Below are positions 29,096 through 39,058 of a stretch of DNA of 64,000 bases, one piece after another. The translations under genes were made by a program, and so were the position numbers. Source of the DNA: Patescibacteria group bacterium. GTDB taxonomy: Bacteria; Patescibacteriota; Minisyncoccia; UBA6257; 2-01-FULL-56-20. The stretch spans positions 16,496 through 80,495 of the forward strand of contig JANLHI010000002.1 in the NCBI GenBank assembly GCA_024654525.1, in the 5' to 3' direction. The stretch's first letter is position 1. Every line of letters begins with the position of its first letter. The notes below the pieces were generated by a model. The model was given only the letters and a program-made list of their open reading frames with translations, did not search any database and was not told the DNA's origin.

Positions 29096-31780
29096 ATGCT
29101 TTACGACGAATTTAACTCATATAAAAACTTTGCCGGCGCTGATGTTTTCAAAAACAAAGCGACAGAAAAATCAGATGTTTTGAAAAATCTCAATCCGGCT
29201 TTTCCGGCGCGCGAATATCAGAAGGAAGCACTGGGGCGGTTTTATTATTATTGTGAGGAATATCACCAAAAACAAAAGCCAATTCATTTGATGTTCAATA
29301 TGGCGACTGGTTCGGGGAAAACGCTCATAATGGCGGCGAATATTTTGTATTTATACCAAAAGGGCTACCGTAATTTTATTTTTTTTACTCGTTTGGGTAA
29401 CATTATTCAAAAAACCAAAGCAAATTTTCTTGATCTAAGTTCTAAAAAATATTTGTTTGCCGACAAAATCACTCTTGGCGGACAGGAAATAAAAATCAAA
29501 GAAGTTGATAATTTTGAAGGTGTAAATGATGATGATATCAATATTATTTTCTCTACCACCGCGCTTTTACACTCTCGTTTCAATTTTGCTCGCGAAAATG
29601 TTTTAACTTACGAAGATTTTGCGGAAAAGAAAATTGTTTTGATTGCTGATGAAGCGCACAACCTATCTGTGGAAACAAATAGCAAGATAAGCAAAACCGA
29701 AGAAGAAGACCGCCGAAACTGGGAAAATACAGTAATGCGGATTTTGAACGCCAACAGCCAAAAGGATAATGTGCTTTTGGAGTTTACGGCAACGGCTCGA
29801 TTAGAACAGGAATATCCTGAGATTTTGGAAAAATACAAAGACAAAGCGATTTATCGTTATGATCTGAAAGAATATCGCTTGGACGGGTTTTCAAAAGATG
29901 TGCGAACTTTGCAGATAAACGCGCCGATTATGGAACGAGCTCTTTCGGCGGTGATTATTTCGCAATATCGCCGTAAGGTGGCAGAAAAGTATAAAATCGC
30001 ACTAAAGCCAGTGGTTATGTTTAAGGCCAACAGAGTAAGTATTCCCAAAGAAGGAATATCCAAGGAACATAATCCGCAAATTGTCGTTTCAAACATTTTC
30101 AAAGACTCTTTTCATAAACTTATTTCTGAACTAGACGAAAAACACCTAAAACAGCAAACAGCAATAAAAAACGCAACATTGCAAAAAGCATTTCAATTTT
30201 TCAATGAGCAAAAAATTACTCTTGTGGATTTAGCGGCAGAAATGAAAAGCGATTTTGCACCGGAAAAATGCTTGACGGTTGATGAAGATAAAGATTTAGA
30301 GCAAAAACAAATTTTACTTAATTCACTAGAAGATCAAAACAATGAAATCCGCGCTATTTTTGCGACAGAAAAATTGAATGAAGGTTGGGATGTTTTGAAT
30401 CTTTTTGATATTGTCCGGATTTACAACAGTCGTGACGAAAAAGGCAATAAACCGGGAAAAACAACTGTGCAAGAGGCGCAACTTATCGGGCGAGGCGCAA
30501 GGTATTATCCTTTTACTCTTGGTGAATTTACTGACCCATATAGAAGAAAATTCGATACTGATATACAAAATGAATTACGGATATTGGAACAACTTTATTA
30601 TCATAGCGTAACGAATTCTAAGTACATTTCTTTACTAGAAGGAGTTTTGGTTCGTGAAGGTATTATGCCATCACGCACAGTGCAAAAAGAGATTAAAATT
30701 AGAAGCGATTTTAAAAACAGCGATTTTTGGAAGAAAGGCTATATTTTCTTAAATTCTCGCAAGGAAAATTTAGGAAAAGATGTTTTTACTCTCTCGGACG
30801 CCAAAGCAGAATTCGACCATAACGCTGAAATAAACATCTTTCAACTACCAACGCGAGAAGCGATAGAAAAAGATTTGTTTGTTGCTGGTGCTGGCGCCGG
30901 AGTAAAGGCAAAAATTAAAATCCGAGATTTTAGAATTGCTGATTTCGGAACACATATTGTCCGCATCGCTTTGGCAAAAATATCATGCGGACAGTTTTGT
31001 GAACTTAAAAAGATTTTCGGTAACATAGAATCCGCAAAAGATTTTATTTCAAATGAAAAATATCTTGGAGGCATAAAAATTAAGGTGAAAGGTACAAACG
31101 AGCAAGTAGAAAATCTTTTGCAGATTGAAAAGTTGAATATTACCGGATTTGTGATTGATAAAGTATTGGAAGTCGCCGGCAAAGAGAAAAAGGAATACTA
31201 CGGAACAAAGGAGTTTAAAGCTCACCTGATCCAAAAAATATTTGAAAATGACAAGGTGTTGCAATTAGATAGCGAAAGTCCGCGAGCGCAAAATATGCGA
31301 GATTTTGATTTTTCTTCTCGGGATTGGTTTGCTCAAAACGAAATCTGGGGAACGAGCGAGGAGGAATCATTTTTGCGTTTTATTGATGAGGCAATAACAA
31401 AGCTAAAAAAGAAATATCAAGATGTTGCACTATTTCGTAATGAGCAGTTTTTCAGAATCTACGGCTTTGAAAACGGTGAGCCGTTTTATCCCGATTTCGT
31501 TTTGTTTTTGACGGAAAAGAAAACAAAGCAAGAAGTTATGTATCAGATTTTTGTTGAGCCAAAGGGCAATCAATTTTTGGATGCACAAAATACTTTTGAG
31601 CATTCAAAAGAGGGTTGGAAGCAAAAACTATTGGTTGAGATAGAAAAAAGTCATATTGTTGAGTTGAGGATAGAAAGTAAGGATTTTCGTTTGGTTGGTT
31701 TGCCTTTCTTTAACGAGGGACAGGTGAATAGTGCCTTGCGTGAAAAGTTTGAAGAGGTGTTTGAAAAAAAATTATTATAA
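29096..31780 (+). CDS. res: Type III R-M restriction helicase/endonuclease (Res)
   Basis: MATGSGKT, DEAH, FTAT, LNEGWDV, QLIGRGAR, FYPDF...VEPKG nuclease motif. Confidence 0.93.
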   Translation: MLYDEFNSYKNFAGADVFKNKATEKSDVLKNLNPAFPAREYQKEALGRFYYYCEEYHQKQKPIHLMFNMATGSGKTLIMAANILYLYQKGYRNFIFFTRLGNIIQKTKANFLDLSSKKYLFADKITLGGQEIKIKEVDNFEGVNDDDINIIFSTTALLHSRFNFARENVLTYEDFAEKKIVLIADEAHNLSVETNSKISKTEEEDRRNWENTVMRILNANSQKDNVLLEFTATARLEQEYPEILEKYKDKAIYRYDLKEYRLDGFSKDVRTLQINAPIMERALSAVIISQYRRKVAEKYKIALKPVVMFKANRVSIPKEGISKEHNPQIVVSNIFKDSFHKLISELDEKHLKQQTAIKNATLQKAFQFFNEQKITLVDLAAEMKSDFAPEKCLTVDEDKDLEQKQILLNSLEDQNNEIRAIFATEKLNEGWDVLNLFDIVRIYNSRDEKGNKPGKTTVQEAQLIGRGARYYPFTLGEFTDPYRRKFDTDIQNELRILEQLYYHSVTNSKYISLLEGVLVREGIMPSRTVQKEIKIRSDFKNSDFWKKGYIFLNSRKENLGKDVFTLSDAKAEFDHNAEINIFQLPTREAIEKDLFVAGAGAGVKAKIKIRDFRIADFGTHIVRIALAKISCGQFCELKKIFGNIESAKDFISNEKYLGGIKIKVKGTNEQVENLLQIEKLNITGFVIDKVLEVAGKEKKEYYGTKEFKAHLIQKIFENDKVLQLDSESPRAQNMRDFDFSSRDWFAQNEIWGTSEEESFLRFIDEAITKLKKKYQDVALFRNEQFFRIYGFENGEPFYPDFVLFLTEKKTKQEVMYQIFVEPKGNQFLDAQNTFEHSKEGWKQKLLVEIEKSHIVELRIESKDFRLVGLPFFNEGQVNSALREKFEEVFEKKLL

Positions 31781-31784
31781 ACTT

Positions 31785-32306
31785 ATGAAAATCAACACTT
31801 TGACTGGTTCAACAGGCTCACCGCAAGCAAGCTCAGTGCGAGGCAACACATTCAAACTCATCATCTCGCTTATTATTCCACAATTGGCAGGAGGTCTGGG
31901 GAGCTTCTTTACCATCAGTTCGGTGAAAGATTGGTATCCGATGCTGGAGAAGCCCTTGCTCAATCCGCCAGCATGGATATTTGGTCCGGTCTGGACGACG
32001 TTGTTTCTTTTGATGGGCTACGCGCTGTATCTTGTCTGGAAGGACGAGAGCGGAAAAAGCAAACGCCTGGCCTACTTCGCTTTTGGGATTCAAATGGTTT
32101 TAAATATGCTATGGTCAATTATCTTTTTCGGTCTGCACAGTCCGGGCGGTGCGCTTATTGAGATCGTATTCCTTTGGCTCGCCATTCTTGCCACGTTTGT
32201 TGCTTTTGCGAAAATATCAAAACCGGCGGCGTGGCTCTTGTTGCCCTATATCCTCTGGGTCAGCTTTGCTATGTATTTAAACTATTCAATCTGGATGCTT
32301 AATTAG
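31785..32306 (+). CDS. tspO: TspO/MBR tryptophan-rich sensory protein
   Basis: WYPMLEKP..NPPAWIFGPVWT, LNMLWS, LLPYILWVSFA. Confidence 0.93.
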   Translation: MKINTLTGSTGSPQASSVRGNTFKLIISLIIPQLAGGLGSFFTISSVKDWYPMLEKPLLNPPAWIFGPVWTTLFLLMGYALYLVWKDESGKSKRLAYFAFGIQMVLNMLWSIIFFGLHSPGGALIEIVFLWLAILATFVAFAKISKPAAWLLLPYILWVSFAMYLNYSIWMLN

Positions 32307-32329
32307 GCAAAAATTGATAAAATAGATTT

Positions 32330-32545
32330 ATGCAAAGAACGCCGGTTTCATCAACAAATATCCGCTCCATAGGCTACGATTCACAATTGGCGACTTTGGA
32401 AGTGGAGTTTACTTCTGGTGATATCTACCAGTATTTTAATGTGCCAGAACATCTGTTCCAGCAGTTTTTACACGCATCATCACACGGGCAATTTCTGAAT
32501 GACAATATCCTCCGTTATAACTACCGATACCAAAAGGTAAGCTAA
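32330..32545 (+). CDS. KTSC domain protein
   Basis: VSSTNIRSIGYD...LEVEF..G.IYQYFNVP...S.G.F.N..I. Confidence 0.92.
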   Translation: MQRTPVSSTNIRSIGYDSQLATLEVEFTSGDIYQYFNVPEHLFQQFLHASSHGQFLNDNILRYNYRYQKVS

Positions 32546-32549
32546 TTTT

Positions 32550-33326
32550 ATGTTTACGCCGAAAACACAGAGAATAAAAGATATTGCGAATGATAAACAG
32601 GAAGTCATTAAGCGACTTGAAGGTATTTTTCATACGAACACCCACGTTTATATTGATTACGCAAATGTGCGTCCATGGAGCGAAAAACTTGGGTGGCATA
32701 TTGATTTGAAACGGCTCAAGCAATTTTTGGATTCTTTCAGCACTATAGAGGCAATCAATTTTTATAACGGGTACCTTGCGGGCAACGAACGTTCGGAAAA
32801 AGAAAAATCAGAAGCAGAAAATTATAAATATATTCTTCGGACAAAACCCGTCAAGATACTTAATTTTTCTATCAATGCATCAAGCGTGCCGGCAGATTCA
32901 ACGGTTCTTGTGAAGCAGTTTATTCGTCGCGCGTTACTGAAGAAGTACGAGGTAGGGACTATCGAATACTTGAATCAGCGTTTTGTCGATATGAACAAGA
33001 AGGGCGAGTATTTCATTGAAGACATGAAATGCAATTTTGATGTGGAAATCGGCGTTGATATGCTACTTGATTGCGAACGGAACAGCGCTGAAACATTTAT
33101 ACTATGGAGCGGAGACAGCGATTTTGCCGATCCGATTAGAAAATTAATAGCCGCCGGCAAAAAAGTTTACTTGTTCGCGACGGCTGGCAGAATTTCCAGC
33201 GAATTGAATGAACTTAAGGAAAGCGGTCTCAAGATAGTGGATATTTTTGAGCTCAAAGAGTTTATTTGTTGGCTAAAGGAATCATCCTATAAAAGCACAA
33301 AGGACCCCGTTGCCGAGGCCCTTTAG
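32550..33326 (+). CDS. NYN/LabA (PIN-like) domain nuclease
   Basis: VYIDYANV, KCNFDVEI, SGDSDF motifs. Confidence 0.88.
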   Translation: MFTPKTQRIKDIANDKQEVIKRLEGIFHTNTHVYIDYANVRPWSEKLGWHIDLKRLKQFLDSFSTIEAINFYNGYLAGNERSEKEKSEAENYKYILRTKPVKILNFSINASSVPADSTVLVKQFIRRALLKKYEVGTIEYLNQRFVDMNKKGEYFIEDMKCNFDVEIGVDMLLDCERNSAETFILWSGDSDFADPIRKLIAAGKKVYLFATAGRISSELNELKESGLKIVDIFELKEFICWLKESSYKSTKDPVAEAL

Positions 33327-33357
33327 CTCTAAAATCAGTGATCTTACGATCGATTGC
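33291..33357 (-). ncRNA. Candidate small antisense RNA overlapping the NYN gene 3' end
   Basis: Minus-strand TGGACA-18-TACAAT promoter with TGn; hairpins with GUAA and GCAA tetraloops; G:U pairs form only on the minus strand. Confidence 0.5.
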
Positions 33358-33532
33358 ATTGTAGCATAAGACAAGGAAAGTTGTCCACAGTTTATGGAAA
33401 TCAAATCAAAACAACCCCATACCAGTTCGCGACTGGGCAAGAAAATTAGGAGAGAAAATTAAACATTCCAACATTCTTGCTTCGCCCGTCCGTATCCTCG
33501 TGCGAAGATAAGGGGGTCAGGTACGGGATATA

Positions 33533-33616
33533 CTTTACGATCGGTTCGGTGAAAGATTGGTATCCGATGCTGGTCAAGCTGGTTCTCAATCCGCCGGCGT
33601 GGATATTCGGTCCGGT
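33533..33616 (+). pseudogene. Internal tspO fragment (diverged copy of 31907-31990)
   Basis: ttcggtgaaagattggtatccgatgctgg identical in both copies; ctcaatccgcc.gc.tggatatt.ggtccggt. Confidence 0.85.
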
Positions 33617-33947
33617 ACTTGCCCCCACACCAAATTGATATGTTCTACCTCTACGTTTTAAAAAGTAAAAAAGACTCTGCACGGGAAATCAGCCGACTTA
33701 TCCGCCATAGCTGGCTCCAGCGGTGACGCAAGGAGGTAGCGAAGGTGGAGTCCGCATTTCGCCCCGCCACCTACCCGGAAACCGAGCAGAAAAATATCCA
33801 CTTCCTTTTTGAAAGAAAAAATCGGTCACGCGCAAATCCGAAAAGCAAAGAATATTTTTCTTTGGGTGGTGTTTAGGATGTTATGAGGACTTCCTCACTA
33901 CTCGAAGGGGAGCGTAGAATGTTACTATCTATCTATAGTATATTAGG

Positions 33948-35108
33948 ATGAAAATCTCCAGAATAACTTTTTTTATTATTGTAATATTAGCATTGGCTGG
34001 TTTCTATGCATACAAAACCCGAACCGGGCTCCATGTCGAAAATCCATCGGTGCAACCAAGCAACGAAATCGACACATCCACGAATAATAAAGCCGATTTA
34101 CAAGTAAAAAATCTCGATATCAGTCAGAAGAACGATAATTCTTCGGCTTCTTCTGGGTCTTCGAAAATGGCGCTAAGTCCGCCGGCGGAGCGCTGTTTGA
34201 TAACGGGTACCTGTTTTGATGATCGAATATTTTTAATCACCGAGGGTGCGGATGGGAATTTTATCGATTCGGATAACAATTCTATAGATAAGGAAATTAT
34301 CTTACATTATGCCAAAAGTACGCGAAGCGAGGCGGATTTTTTGGTGGTGTTCAAAGACTGGAATGCGCTTTCTGCATTCAGCGCAGCTTATTTTATATCC
34401 GTAAATAGTAGTGATTCCGGAATGGGCATGTTAGAAAATGAAGATCGGACATATGGCTCGCGCGGTAATTTGAAAGGTCTTATTACAATGCCAAATATCA
34501 AAGTTCTTTCTGACCCCGATAGTTTTAATGCAAATATTTTTTCTTTCGCGCATGAATTAGGGCATTACTGGTTGGCGTATTTTTACGATCCATTATTGAT
34601 GATCTCGAATTCGAGTGGACACTATAATTCCTGCATGGTATTCGGGGACGGGGATATTATGACCCATGGATTCTTTAATTTTAAAAGGGTAAGCGACACG
34701 CTATTTGCCTCACCTCCGCCCGATAACGATCCACATAGAATGAAATTTAGCGACTTTTCTTTGTATGTCATGGGTTTGCTACCCGAAGAGGAAGTTGCGC
34801 CGATCGGAATTGTGAAAAGTGGTATGGACTGTGTGCAGAATGGGAAAGTGGAAAACGGGGCCATTAACGTTACGGGAGATTTTGAACAATTTACTCTTTC
34901 CGACTTCATAAAAGTGTATGGCGCTAGAAATCCCCCATACCCCAATGCGAAGAGAAATTTTACTGTGCAAGTGGCACTCCTTGTTCACCGAGATTCGCCA
35001 CTTACGCAAAACGATGCCGATACCTTCAAAAGGTACCTTGATGAAGCCGAAAACTATCTACCTTTTGCAGTCTCGAACAAAGCAACTTTTAAGTTTCTAA
35101 AAAACTGA
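33948..35108 (+). CDS. Membrane-anchored putative zinc metallopeptidase
   Basis: N-terminal TM helix; FAHELGHYW (HExxH), downstream GH and LYVMGL. Confidence 0.65.
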   Translation: MKISRITFFIIVILALAGFYAYKTRTGLHVENPSVQPSNEIDTSTNNKADLQVKNLDISQKNDNSSASSGSSKMALSPPAERCLITGTCFDDRIFLITEGADGNFIDSDNNSIDKEIILHYAKSTRSEADFLVVFKDWNALSAFSAAYFISVNSSDSGMGMLENEDRTYGSRGNLKGLITMPNIKVLSDPDSFNANIFSFAHELGHYWLAYFYDPLLMISNSSGHYNSCMVFGDGDIMTHGFFNFKRVSDTLFASPPPDNDPHRMKFSDFSLYVMGLLPEEEVAPIGIVKSGMDCVQNGKVENGAINVTGDFEQFTLSDFIKVYGARNPPYPNAKRNFTVQVALLVHRDSPLTQNDADTFKRYLDEAENYLPFAVSNKATFKFLKN

Positions 35109-35160
35109 GCTTAAATGGCGGGGTAAATGATATGCAAGACGAGTAGGGAATTGTAGCTGT

Positions 35161-35222
35161 TGTTAATCTTGCTTGACTTTAAGGTTAACATTTGTTAATC
35201 TCATCAATATATAGAGTTAACA
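35161..35222 (+). promoter_or_regulatory. Toxin-antitoxin promoter with two inverted-repeat operators
   Basis: TGTTAATC-14-RGTTAACA twice (35161-35190, 35193-35222); TTGACT at 35173. Confidence 0.65.
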
Positions 35223-35231
35223 TAAAAAAAT

Positions 35232-35513
35232 ATGAAAAATAAGGGCAAAAAAGCAATATATATATCTGTAGCTGAGCTGGCAAAAATTCTTGGCATTAGT
35301 CGTATTGCTGTATTTAATAAAATAAAGAAAGGACAAATTCAAGCTGAAAAAATTGGACGTTCTTATGCTATTTCGATGGAACATGTTAATGAAATAATTT
35401 CTGGTTCTAGCTCTGGGGTATTAACAGAAGAGAAAAAGGAAGACATAAAAAAAGCTGTAGAAAAAGTTGTAAAAGAATATGGAGAAACTTTAAAACTTCT
35501 CGGTAGAGAATAA
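35232..35513 (+). CDS. HTH DNA-binding putative antitoxin
   Basis: ISVAELAKILGISRIAVFNKIKKGQIQAEKIGRSY excisionase-like HTH; C-terminal helix EYGETLKLL; directly upstream of Doc. Confidence 0.75.
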   Translation: MKNKGKKAIYISVAELAKILGISRIAVFNKIKKGQIQAEKIGRSYAISMEHVNEIISGSSSGVLTEEKKEDIKKAVEKVVKEYGETLKLLGRE

Positions 35514-35515
35514 TT

Positions 35516-35941
35516 ATGAAATTGAAGCAACTTACAATTGTAGATATAGAGTATGCAGCACATCGCTTAGCAAAAGAAACAATGAGTTGGAATAAACCGA
35601 TTCCTGATTTTAGTACTCGATATACTAATACTCTTGAAAGATGTGTTGAGGCACCGTTTCAATCATTCGGAGGAAGACAGCTATACCCCGGACTAATAAA
35701 AAAAGGTGCCATACTTTTTTATTTTATGATTAAAAATCATCCATTTCAAAATGGAAACAAAAGATTGGCTATGACGACATTATTCATATTTCTTTTTCAA
35801 AATAAAAAATGGCTTAAGGTTGATAATCAGGAATTATATAATTTTGCTCGTTGGGTTGCAGAAAGCAACGCAAAATTAAAAGAAGACACTGTTCGCGCTG
35901 TCGAAACATTCCTAATTAATTATATAACTGATATTCATTAA
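35516..35941 (+). CDS. Doc (death-on-curing) family toxin
   Basis: PFQSFGG..LYP, NHPFQNGNKR. Confidence 0.9.
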   Translation: MKLKQLTIVDIEYAAHRLAKETMSWNKPIPDFSTRYTNTLERCVEAPFQSFGGRQLYPGLIKKGAILFYFMIKNHPFQNGNKRLAMTTLFIFLFQNKKWLKVDNQELYNFARWVAESNAKLKEDTVRAVETFLINYITDIH

Positions 35942-36007
35942 TTTTATGAACGAATCAGAAACGCGAGCCAAATATTTTTGCCCCTTGAAAAACTTTTGAA
36001 ATAATTT

Positions 36008-36379
36008 ATGAAAAAATCATATATATCATCAGAAACAACAGGAGCACCACTATCAGGAGCATACGAGGCAAATAATTTTATATTTGTCTCTGGTCAAATT
36101 CATATGAATTTCTCTCAACAGTTAGAGGGGATCACCATTGAAGAAAAGTTTGATATTGTTATTTCTAATGTAAAGAAAATTTTAGGTGAAGCTGGACTTT
36201 CGCTAAGCGATATTATAAGAGTTCACCTATATCTCACTGATCTAAAAGAATTACCTGCTCTCAATAAGGTCTATCTAAACTATTTTCAACATCCACTTCC
36301 TGCGCGTACCGCAGTAGGTGTTGTTGCGTTACCACTTGGTGCAAGTTTAGAAATGGATGTAATAGCGGTACGAAAATAA
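36008..36379 (+). CDS. RidA/YjgF family protein
   Basis: FVSGQI, PARTAVGV..LPLGASLEMD. Confidence 0.92.
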   Translation: MKKSYISSETTGAPLSGAYEANNFIFVSGQIHMNFSQQLEGITIEEKFDIVISNVKKILGEAGLSLSDIIRVHLYLTDLKELPALNKVYLNYFQHPLPARTAVGVVALPLGASLEMDVIAVRK

Positions 36380-36380
36380 T

Positions 36381-36908
36381 ATGAAACTATACCGTTTCAG
36401 CCCAATAAAAAATGAAAAGGAACTGATTGAAGCAATAAAACATACACACTTCGCTTGTTTTGAATTATGCAACAAGGCTTTTGGAAAATATCTTCCCGTT
36501 GCAGGAAATATGGGAATATTTTGCCACTATGATGATGAATATAAATTCCTTACAAAATTACGCCAAGAATTAACAGAGCAATCTGATAACTTTAATCAAA
36601 AATATTTTCGGCTTCATAATCCCATAATTATTTCCGCTCACGAAGATGTGTCGGAAACCACATATACCTATCTTTACATTCGCAGACCAGACCAATACAG
36701 AGCACAGGTTGGAGATGTCGATTTTATTATTGATGATGAAAAATATACTGAACTTAAAAAATCCCTACAGAGTGGCTCACAAATCAACGGAGCAAAAATT
36801 TTTGATCGTCCTGATTTAGACATGGTTGAGTTATCTGACCCGGATACTGATGCCCTTGCCTACATAAGTACGAGGGCAATGACAAAAAAAGTGAGAGTTA
36901 AACAGTAA
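36381..36908 (+). CDS. Hypothetical protein
   Basis: 175-aa ORF tightly packed in the gene run. Confidence 0.7.
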   Translation: MKLYRFSPIKNEKELIEAIKHTHFACFELCNKAFGKYLPVAGNMGIFCHYDDEYKFLTKLRQELTEQSDNFNQKYFRLHNPIIISAHEDVSETTYTYLYIRRPDQYRAQVGDVDFIIDDEKYTELKKSLQSGSQINGAKIFDRPDLDMVELSDPDTDALAYISTRAMTKKVRVKQ

Positions 36909-36911
36909 TTT

Positions 36912-37895
36912 ATGGAAGAAATAAAACCAAACTGCATAATAATCCACGGCTGTCCCTCGGACGCGGAAAAGGCGATGAATCCCGCAACGCGGACATACGA
37001 TAAGCATTGGATTCCGTGGCTCAAACTAGCCCTTGTCGCCGCCGGAATAGCGACGGAAACGCCGCGTATGCCCGATCCGTGGGAGCCGAGCTATCAAAAG
37101 TTCAAAACCGAGTTTGAGAAATACGAAGTTAACGAAAACACAATTTTAGTTGGGCATAGTTGTGGCTGTGCCTTTTTGGTTCGTTGGCTTGGCGAAACAA
37201 AGAGGGAAATTTTCAAACTTGTTCTCGTCGCGCCGTGGAAAATTCCCGACAAAGATGATGAGTTTAAAAAGGAATTCTACACTTATCCGATTGACGAGAA
37301 CATAAAATTGAGAGTAAACGAAATTGTGATGTTTACTGCCGATAATGAGGAAAACGAAGGAAAGGAAAGTTTGAAAATTTTTCACCAAGCATTAGGCGGT
37401 ACGATTATCGAATTAAAAGGACGCGGACATTATAAGCTCGGAGACATGGGAACAGAGGAATTTCCAGAATTATTGGAAAAACTTGTTTCGTTCGATAACC
37501 GCAAAGCTCTTATCGTGCCCATCAATTCAAAACATCAAATTTTTATTCAAGATAGGCGCGGATATAAAAAACCGGATTGGGGTTATTTTGGCGGTGAAAT
37601 CGAAAAAGGAGAAACGCCACTACAAGCAATAATCCGCGAGACAAAAGAGGAATTGCAAATTGATGTCCGCGCCGATGAATTGAAGTATCTTGGCACCTCA
37701 ATCACACCTTGGAACGAACGCAAAATTATCCGATATATGTTTTTGTATCGTACCGATCAAGAAAAATTTAATGTTTTGGAAGGCAAGGGTGGACATTGGC
37801 TCGCATTCGAGGAAGTGCGCGAGAGATTGGACAACAAAGACAGGTTTGATGAGATATCTGATCGGATAAGAAAAGCGGAAGAAAAATCCTTATAA
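36912..37895 (+). CDS. RBBP9/YdeN-like alpha/beta hydrolase fused to a NUDIX domain
   Basis: IIHG, WIPWLK, VGHSCG nucleophile elbow, GRGH; GGEIEKGETPLQAIIRETKEEL Nudix box. Confidence 0.85.
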   Translation: MEEIKPNCIIIHGCPSDAEKAMNPATRTYDKHWIPWLKLALVAAGIATETPRMPDPWEPSYQKFKTEFEKYEVNENTILVGHSCGCAFLVRWLGETKREIFKLVLVAPWKIPDKDDEFKKEFYTYPIDENIKLRVNEIVMFTADNEENEGKESLKIFHQALGGTIIELKGRGHYKLGDMGTEEFPELLEKLVSFDNRKALIVPINSKHQIFIQDRRGYKKPDWGYFGGEIEKGETPLQAIIRETKEELQIDVRADELKYLGTSITPWNERKIIRYMFLYRTDQEKFNVLEGKGGHWLAFEEVRERLDNKDRFDEISDRIRKAEEKSL

Positions 37896-37904
37896 TATAT
37901 AAAT

Positions 37905-38060
37905 ATGGGAAAATATAAATTTGTTAATCTAACGGTATTCATAATCTTTTTTGGAACGGCACTTTTCGAGGCATTCCAAAAACAAAATTGGATAGAGGTG
38001 ATTATATTTTTAGCCTTGGGCGTATTATCACTTTGGGCTGATTCTAAAAGAAAAACTTGA
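37905..38060 (+). CDS. Small membrane protein (51 aa, not in the ORF track)
   Basis: MGKYKFVNLTVFIIFFGTALFEAFQKQNWIEVIIFLALGVLSLWADSKRKT; two hydrophobic helices. Confidence 0.6.
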   Translation: MGKYKFVNLTVFIIFFGTALFEAFQKQNWIEVIIFLALGVLSLWADSKRKT

Positions 38061-38072
38061 AATCAAAAAATT

Positions 38073-38600
38073 ATGACCACCTACAAACACACTCAAATTG
38101 GTTACCTGATGCGGGTTATTACGCTGACCGTGTTAGTGTTTTTCGCGTGGCTTCAAATTACGGTCAGGGCTGAACCTCCCTCAATTGACTCCGGTACAAA
38201 TTTTGCCTTTACCGCTATCATGGCGCTGGTCTTATTCATCCTTGCATCTTTCGGCTCACTTACCGTGAGTGTTGACGAACAGCGCGTGGCGATCAAATTT
38301 GGCTTCGGCATTTTTCGCAAAAAATTCACGACGAGTGAGATTGCATCAGTGGCACAAGTAAGAAACCATTGGTATTACGGCTGGGGTATACGGCTGTGGT
38401 TTTGGCCACGTATGTGGATTTTTAATGTTTCCGGATTTGATGCGGTTGAAATTCGAATGAAGAACCCCACCTCCGCCCCACCTTCGCTGAAAGCTCCGGA
38501 CGGACACTGCAAGGCTTCGGCGGGCAGGGAAAAAATCTACCGGATCGGAACGGATGAGCCAGAAAAACTTGAGACCGCAATCAGGCAAGTAATAAATTAA
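38073..38600 (+). CDS. Membrane protein carrying an in-frame REP-like insertion
   Basis: YKHTQIG, WYYGWGIR, RIGTDEP; GC-rich palindromic insert at ~38466-38528. Confidence 0.8.
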   Translation: MTTYKHTQIGYLMRVITLTVLVFFAWLQITVRAEPPSIDSGTNFAFTAIMALVLFILASFGSLTVSVDEQRVAIKFGFGIFRKKFTTSEIASVAQVRNHWYYGWGIRLWFWPRMWIFNVSGFDAVEIRMKNPTSAPPSLKAPDGHCKASAGREKIYRIGTDEPEKLETAIRQVIN

Positions 38601-38783
38601 GCAAACCGTTGAATAGTGGTGGCAATTGGTGATAAGCGCGAGTTCGTGGAACAAAGCTCTCCTTAAAGTGGTATTCCGACAAAACTGATTATAAAAACAA
38701 GGGAGTCTGCGGTATGGGGATATCCCGCTTTAGAAGTGCAGATTAAATAAGTTTTTTGGCGCATTTTATGATAGAATAGACTT

Positions 38784-39044
38784 ATGGGCATGTTATACGA
38801 ATCGTTGTTGCAGTCTCAAATTTTCTTTTTCATTTCCTCGGTGGGGTTCATTATTCTAGGACTTTTGGCGGTGGTGCTTTTGCTTTATTTTATCCGCGCG
38901 ATGAGCACCTTCAATAGAATTATGGATAATATGGAAAAAAACATAGATAAAATAGGCGACACGACCAAAGAAATGTTCGGTGAGATGAAAGACAGTTTTA
39001 TTTTCAATTTTCTCTTCAAAAAGAAAAAGCGTCGCAAAGATTAA
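38784..39044 (+). CDS. Hypothetical membrane protein
   Basis: TM helix, short coiled coil, basic tail. Confidence 0.7.
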   Translation: MGMLYESLLQSQIFFFISSVGFIILGLLAVVLLLYFIRAMSTFNRIMDNMEKNIDKIGDTTKEMFGEMKDSFIFNFLFKKKKRRKD

Positions 39045-39058
39045 AAGTTATCAATAAT

